36,759 nt of DNA, taken from the NCBI GenBank assembly GCA_041749155.1, contig JBGTBZ010000111.1:1-36759 (forward strand), read 5' to 3'. The translations under genes and the position numbers were made by a program. This DNA comes from Phycisphaerae bacterium. GTDB lineage: Bacteria > Planctomycetota > Phycisphaerae > Tepidisphaerales > Tepidisphaeraceae. The notes below the pieces were generated by a model, which saw only the letters and a program-made list of their open reading frames with translations, ran no database searches and had not been told where the DNA came from. Shown in pieces: positions 32,512-36,759 of the stretch (positions are counted from its first letter, which is position 1; each line of letters starts with the position of its first letter).

Positions 32512-32541
32512 GGAATAAAACCTCAGCGACCGGCAACCTCT
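32512..32541 (+). promoter_or_regulatory. Recurrent motif copy: GGAATAA-N14-GCAACCTC, upstream of the secreted protein gene
   Basis: The plus strand reads TTGGAATAAAACCTCAGCGACCGGCAACCTCTTTG. It shares GACCGGCA at the same offset as R1/R2. Confidence 0.45.
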
Positions 32542-32693
32542 TTGAACACCAGCCTCGAGAGTGTCGCATGGTCACTGTTCCGATGATTGCTCGGACAAAT
32601 CACACGCCGGAGCGCCATTTGCTTGCGGCGCCACCCAGCGTAAGCCCCGCCTGAGTTTCACGATCCACTTCTCCACAGGAAAGGAGCCTGAAG

Positions 32694-33314
32694 ATGAAAA
32701 CGAGAACAAGCGCTGCCCTCGCGGGCGCGAGCCTGGCGCTGCTGCTGGCCCTCGGTCTCGGCGCCATGCAGGCACGTCAAACCCAGGAGAACCGCCAGCA
32801 GCCTGACCCGGAGCGCGTCATCGCCGATTGGCCGGCAACGCCGCAAAAAGTGGCGCTAGAGATGATCCAGAAGTACGGCCAGCCCGACGGCATCACCTCG
32901 TCGCGCCTGATTTGGCAGGACAAGGAGCCATGGAGCGAGATCATCATCAACCGGGAGGAGGTGCCCCACAGCTTCCCGATGGAGCACACGGACGTTCTGG
33001 AGCAGGTCGTCGGCTATCGAGTGCCGCCGGACAAGTTCGACGAGCTGGCCGCGTACGACGGCAGCGTGATCGTCGAGCGCACGAAGGGGACGATGTCCGC
33101 CCGGTGCGACAAGGAGGCTGCCAACTACCTCGCGCTGAATCTGGCGCACGATATCGTGACCGGAAACAAGACCGTTGAGGAAGCGCGGCAGTTCTACGCC
33201 GACACCATCCAGGCGATGATGAGCGGCGAGAAGCCGGAATACACGCAAAAGCTGCTATTCGAGCCGCAGCCGAATGCTGGCGACCCTGACAAGGCGGTCA
33301 TACAGAAGCGGTAA
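32694..33314 (+). CDS. Secreted hypothetical protein
   Basis: AGGAG precedes the ATG. It has a signal peptide (AALAGASLALLLALGLGAMQA). I recognise no domain. Confidence 0.55.
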   Translation: MKTRTSAALAGASLALLLALGLGAMQARQTQENRQQPDPERVIADWPATPQKVALEMIQKYGQPDGITSSRLIWQDKEPWSEIIINREEVPHSFPMEHTDVLEQVVGYRVPPDKFDELAAYDGSVIVERTKGTMSARCDKEAANYLALNLAHDIVTGNKTVEEARQFYADTIQAMMSGEKPEYTQKLLFEPQPNAGDPDKAVIQKR

Positions 33315-33483
33315 CTCCTTCCTCTTCGCTTCAGTCTCCACCTCAGCGGCTGGGGTGGAGGCTGGCGCGGAAGGCCGGGACAAGGCATTGCTGCCTACCG
33401 TTCGCTCGCGGCCGTTCTCAAAGAGCTTCAGCGGGCGGGTAGCTTCTAGACCACACGATTCTGCGGAAGACCTCGTTCAATAA

Positions 33484-34071
33484 ATGCCTTATCTCCCCTC
33501 GCTTCCCGCCGACGCAACGCTTCGCGATGTCTTCCGCCGCTTCCCGGCCGTCGTCGACGATCTGCTTTCGCTCCACGAGACCCTTCTCCGCGGAGAATCG
33601 CCGCTGAGTGTCGGTGAGCGCGAGTTAATCGCCGCCTACGTTTCGGGGCTTAACCAGTGCGGCTACTGTCACCGCGTGCACGCGGCGACGGCCGAAACAT
33701 TCGGAGTAGACCCGGCCGTGCTGGAGCGACTGCTGCAGAATGTCGACGCCGGCGACATCTCGGCGGAGCTTCGACCAATCCTCCGGTACGTCCGTAAGCT
33801 GACGCTGGAGCCGGCCAAGCTGACCCCTGGAGATGCCCGGGCCGTGCTCGACGCCGGCTGGCAGGAGTCGGCACTGTTTCAGGCGGTGATGATCTGCGCG
33901 ATGTTCAACTTCATGAACCGCATGGTGAGTGGTTTGGGCATCGAGTTGCGCGAGGGTTGGGATACCGCGTCGGGGAGAACGTTGCATGACGTGGGATATG
34001 CCGGCCTGGCAAAGCTCCTGACTCAGAAGAGACGAGACCCTGTCGTAGTGAGAGACGATTATGAAGACTGA
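33484..34071 (+). CDS. Carboxymuconolactone decarboxylase/AhpD-like peroxidase-related protein
   Basis: The LNQCGYCHRVH CxxC-H motif in a helical CMD-type protein. Confidence 0.7.
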   Translation: MPYLPSLPADATLRDVFRRFPAVVDDLLSLHETLLRGESPLSVGERELIAAYVSGLNQCGYCHRVHAATAETFGVDPAVLERLLQNVDAGDISAELRPILRYVRKLTLEPAKLTPGDARAVLDAGWQESALFQAVMICAMFNFMNRMVSGLGIELREGWDTASGRTLHDVGYAGLAKLLTQKRRDPVVVRDDYED

Positions 34072-34669
34072 AAACCGCATCGCATCGTTTGCTCTGTTCG
34101 TTGGCTTGCTGCTTGTCGTGCCGACAGGACTCGCTTATGCATTGGACCAGGACCGGCCGACAACGCAGCCCGCAATCAAGCCCGCCACGCGACCCGCGGT
34201 TGGGCAAAAGGCAATGGACTTCACTCTGAGAAGTGTAGAGGGCGAGCCGGTCACCTTATCCAAGATAGCGGCGGAGGGGCCCGTCGTCCTGGTGGTGCTC
34301 CGCGGCTGGCCAGGCTACCAATGCCCGATCTGCACGCGCCAGGTCGCCGATCTGATGTCCGTTGCGGATGAGATCAAGGCAGCCAGTGCGAAGGTCTTGC
34401 TGGTGTATCCCGGCCCGGCGGAGAATCTTACTGAGCACGCGAAGGAGTTCATCCCCGAGGCGCTGCCCGAAGGGATGACGTTCGTCGTCGATCCCGACTT
34501 CGAGTTTGTCAACGCCTATGACCTCCGCTGGGACGCCCCGCGCGAGACGGCATATCCCTCGACGTTCGTCATCGATCGGCAGCAGATCATCCGTTTCACA
34601 AAAATCAGTGATGGCCATGGCGATCGGGCCGAGTCCGCAGATGTTCTCGCGGCTCTGAACGAGCTGTAG
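34061..34669 (+). CDS. Secreted peroxiredoxin/redoxin-family protein
   Basis: Signal peptide, plus AMDFTLRSVEGEPVTL...VVLVVLRGWPGYQCPICTRQ. It overlaps the CMD gene by 11 nt. Confidence 0.7.
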   Translation: MKTENRIASFALFVGLLLVVPTGLAYALDQDRPTTQPAIKPATRPAVGQKAMDFTLRSVEGEPVTLSKIAAEGPVVLVVLRGWPGYQCPICTRQVADLMSVADEIKAASAKVLLVYPGPAENLTEHAKEFIPEALPEGMTFVVDPDFEFVNAYDLRWDAPRETAYPSTFVIDRQQIIRFTKISDGHGDRAESADVLAALNEL

Positions 34670-34771
34670 AAGCCACCGACTACCGTCGAAGCTGCGCGAC
34701 CCGAAGCGATCAGCCCTGGTCACTGGAGGTGGAGCCTTACGCGTCGCCAGGGCAGCCAGCGCCGCGCGAAC

Positions 34772-34909
34772 TCACCAGCGGGCGGCAAGGTGCTCGCCAA
34801 ACAGGTTGTTCAGGTTCGAACCTTCTACGGGAATCTCGTCGTCGCCCTCCCGCATCCTGTGCGTGCGAATGGTATTGATCGATAGTTGATCGAGTTGTTG
34901 AGTGTTCAT
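34772..34909 (-). pseudogene. tkt: Possible N-terminal stub of transketolase
   Basis: The minus-strand ORF MNTQQLDQLSINTIRT... matches the conserved transketolase N-terminus (..L.INTIR.LS.DAV). It then diverges and stops after 45 codons. Confidence 0.35.
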
Positions 34910-34922
34910 GGGGATGAGTCTT

Positions 34923-35630
34923 TCAATGAATCAGCATCGTTCCGACCAAGCCAAGCAGGAACCCGGATACGGCCCCGATGGCAGGGAATTCGTGGTGTCT
35001 TAGGTGCGCGCGGGGCGCAATGTCGTCAAAGATCAAATAGAGAATGCCTCCGCTGCAAAACAGCATCACGACCCCGATGATTGTGGTGCTCGTCGACAAC
35101 CACGAGAAGCCGATCCAGGCCGCAAGGGGACCTACCAGAGGGATGGTTAGGAATATCAGCCACAGCCATCGGTTCGATCCTTCGCTCTGACGCATCTCGT
35201 GGTAGGAAGCAAAGCCCTCCGGCATGTTTTGCAGCGCGATCATAGCGGCCAGCAGATAGACAACGTTGGAGCCGGTTGCGGCGGCGGCGCCGAGGAGAAG
35301 GGCCTCCGGAACAAAATCCAGCAACATGCCGACGAATTGTGCAGCCGTGCCCCCTGCGCGTTTCAGGCATGCATCGAGTTGCCAGAAGGCGAGACCTCCG
35401 ATCAAGAAGGCGAATGAGGCAGAAAGCACCGAGAGATGTTCCATCCCATAGGGCAGCAGGACCAGCGCGATCGCTGCGAGCAAGGCCCCGCCTCCGAAGT
35501 ATGACACGAAGCTGTCAATGTCATGCTGTAAACAAAACGACCTCTGAGAAACCCGGGAGGAGATCAGTGCACCCACTGGAATGGACAGGCCGGCCACCAG
35601 GGCCAACGATAATGCCAGCGCCAAAGTCAT
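34923..35630 (-). CDS. ZIP-family divalent metal transporter
   Basis: A polytopic 235-aa protein with [12 protein letters not shown] and [10 protein letters not shown] motifs typical of ZupT/ZIP. Confidence 0.75.
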   Translation of the reverse strand: MTLALALSLALVAGLSIPVGALISSRVSQRSFCLQHDIDSFVSYFGGGALLAAIALVLLPYGMEHLSVLSASFAFLIGGLAFWQLDACLKRAGGTAAQFVGMLLDFVPEALLLGAAAATGSNVVYLLAAMIALQNMPEGFASYHEMRQSEGSNRWLWLIFLTIPLVGPLAAWIGFSWLSTSTTIIGVVMLFCSGGILYLIFDDIAPRAHLRHHEFPAIGAVSGFLLGLVGTMLIH

Positions 35631-36106
35631 CGTGAGTCCCTCGAGATTGAGACAGGCCTTGCTGCTTCCAGGATCGATACCTTGCCGAGCCGCCGCAGAT
35701 GCCGGTCGTCCTTGCTGAATTCCGCTGCGAGAAACGTCTGAACTAGATCCCAGGCCACCGCCGGTCCGACCGTCCTGCCGCCGATGCAGAGCACGTTCAT
35801 GTGATCATCTTCGACGCCTTGCCTGGCCGAGAATGATCGTGGATCAGCGCAGCTCGTATGCCGGTCACTTTGTTGGCACAGACGGACGCTCCCACGCCGC
35901 TGCCGCAAATCGCCACACCGCGATCCAACTTTCCCGCCGCCACCGCCTGTGCCAGTGGGATGACAAAATCGGGGTAGTCGTCATCGGGCATCAAATTGTG
36001 CGATCCGAAATCCACGCCCCTCGGGGCCAGCCGCGCAGGGTTGCACGAGCAGTTCCTGTTTCAAACCGAATCCACCATGATCCGCAGCGATTCCTACTCG
36101 CATCAT
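35627..36106 (-). pseudogene. rpiB: Ribose-5-phosphate isomerase B with two frameshifts
   Basis: Three frames together spell MMRVGIAADHGGFGLKQELLVQ / [67 protein letters not shown] / [39 protein letters not shown]. The shifts are at about 36038-36040 (a GGG run) and about 35835-35842. Confidence 0.65.
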
Positions 36107-36441
36107 GGCAAGACTTCCTTGACCGCAGCCGGGGCGGGGTGTCCCGCTGCCGCACCGTCAGCAAGAATCAGGGCGCGGTCTCGATTCACGCGCCCCGCTG
36201 GAATGGACAGTTCCCCAACGCGGAGGCGTGCAAGCATTTCGACTTTCTCGCACCCGGTGACGATCCATACGATGCGGCGTGATCGATTCGGTATCGGAGA
36301 AGTTCACTTCATCCTCCCTCTGCCCTGATAGACATCGGTCAGTGCAACATCCGCGTCGCTCACCGTCCGAGCTTCGGCGGTAATGATCGCGGCAACCGCT
36401 TGGGCGACTGCGTCGGCGTCGGTAAGGACTTCGATCTTCAT
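36103..36441 (-). pseudogene. pgl: 6-phosphogluconolactonase remnant (internal deletion plus in-frame TGA)
   Basis: MKIEVLTDADAVAQAVAAIITAEAR (Pgl-like N-terminus) runs directly into RMK*TSPIPNRSRRIVWIVTGCEKVEMLARLRVGELSIPAGRV...LADGAAA (Pgl-like C-terminus). That is about 112 codons against about 240 expected. The stop is at 36304..36306. Confidence 0.55.
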
Positions 36442-36456
36442 GAATGCGGCTCCATT

Positions 36457-36759
36457 TCAGATTTGGTCAGGGGCCGACATCTCATGGGCGTTTGCTTCGC
36501 GGTACGGCGACCACCAACTCAGCCAGCGCCGTAGCAGCCAGTGGATCGTTGGCGTCAGACGTGTGCGGTTGTAGGCGTCCGCCGCCTTCTTAATCGCTTC
36601 GGCCTGGGTCGGATAGGTATGGATAACGCGGGCCAGGGTACGCAGGCCGATGCCCGCAACCATCGCCAGGGTGATCTCGTTGATCATTTCTCCCGCGTGA
36701 CGGGCGACGATCGTCGCACCGAGAATTCGGTCCGTCCCTTCCTTGACGTGGATCTTCAC
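36457..36759 (-). CDS. Pyridine nucleotide-disulfide oxidoreductase, C-terminal part (paralog of 9385..10965; 5' end outside the window)
   Basis: KIHVKEGTDRILGATIVARHAGEMINEITLAMVAGIGLRTLARVIHTYPTQAEA is closely parallel to KVHVRNGGDTILGATLVARHAGEMISEITLAMVAGAGLKTLGRTIHPYPTQAEV. Confidence 0.8.
   Translation of the reverse strand: MKIHVKEGTDRILGATIVARHAGEMINEITLAMVAGIGLRTLARVIHTYPTQAEAIKKAADAYNRTRLTPTIHWLLRRWLSWWSPYREANAHEMSAPDQI

Noticed and set aside
14302-32541. Reading the CGGCAC-N5-TT(T/C)G part of the recurrent motif as sigma-54 (-24 GG / -12 GC) promoters
   Set aside because: The -12 GC dinucleotide is not at the required GG-N10-GC spacing in any copy. No enhancer-binding protein gene is present. 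The conserved upstream GGAATA box with fixed spacing fits an ECF-type -35 better.
34805-34825. GGTTCGAACC, reminiscent of a tRNA T-arm
   Set aside because: The flanks have no acceptor, D or anticodon stems, and the sequence lies inside the transketolase-like stub ORF. It is just a short palindrome.
36304-36306. In-frame TGA in the pgl-like frame as a possible selenocysteine codon
   Set aside because: The position corresponds to an ordinary residue of the Pgl fold. The gene also has a ~130-codon internal deletion, and no SECIS-like hairpin follows. A nonsense mutation in a pseudogene is the simpler reading.
1-36759. CRISPR arrays, rRNA/tRNA genes, IS elements with terminal inverted repeats
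   Set aside because: I found no regularly spaced direct repeats, no structured RNA gene signatures and no transposase-like ORFs on either strand. The only sizeable DNA repeats are the 74-nt pair and the tandem flavoprotein duplication.

Overview
High-GC bacterial chromosomal window; I found no rRNA, tRNA or CRISPR array. It splits into two parts.

(1) Bases 1 to about 8200 look like the end of an integrated defence island. The island contains:
- the C-terminal part of a large serine recombinase;
- a decayed Mrr-type nuclease remnant;
- a translationally coupled three-gene ubiquitin-like cassette: a triple beta-grasp 'multiubiquitin' protein, a ThiF/E1 adenylyltransferase with an E2-like N-terminal domain, and a small 4-Cys DUF6527-like protein. 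No JAB or other deubiquitinase is present;
- a divergently transcribed module of a sigma-like protein, a small helical protein and an ImmA/IrrE metallopeptidase;
- an unusual DarTG-type pair in which DarT is fused to an HD phosphohydrolase domain and the DarG-like macrodomain is fused to a DprA/SLOG-like Rossmann domain.

(2) Bases 8727 to the end form a dense metalloid/thiol-redox region. It contains:
- an arsenosugar-type gene set: ArsS radical SAM, an ArsM-like methyltransferase, MTAP and two signature glycosyltransferases;
- a MerA plus MerT-HMA mercury module with no MerR;
- a PiT permease, DsrE-like proteins, several thioredoxin/peroxiredoxin-fold proteins and a YceI protein with Asn-Pro-Cys repeat tails;
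- two ECF sigma/anti-sigma pairs, one with a small soluble HxxxCxxC (ZAS) anti-sigma factor.

A bipartite motif, GGAATA[AG]-N14-15-GCA[CA], recurs upstream of at least seven transcription units in this region. Two of those copies sit inside a 74-nt near-identical repeat. This suggests an ECF-controlled regulon.

Several decayed paralogs are hidden from the ORF track: arsS', isf', rpiB', pgl' and a possible tkt'.

All functional calls come from reading motifs in the translated ORFs. No database search was run, and the start codons I refined are inferences.
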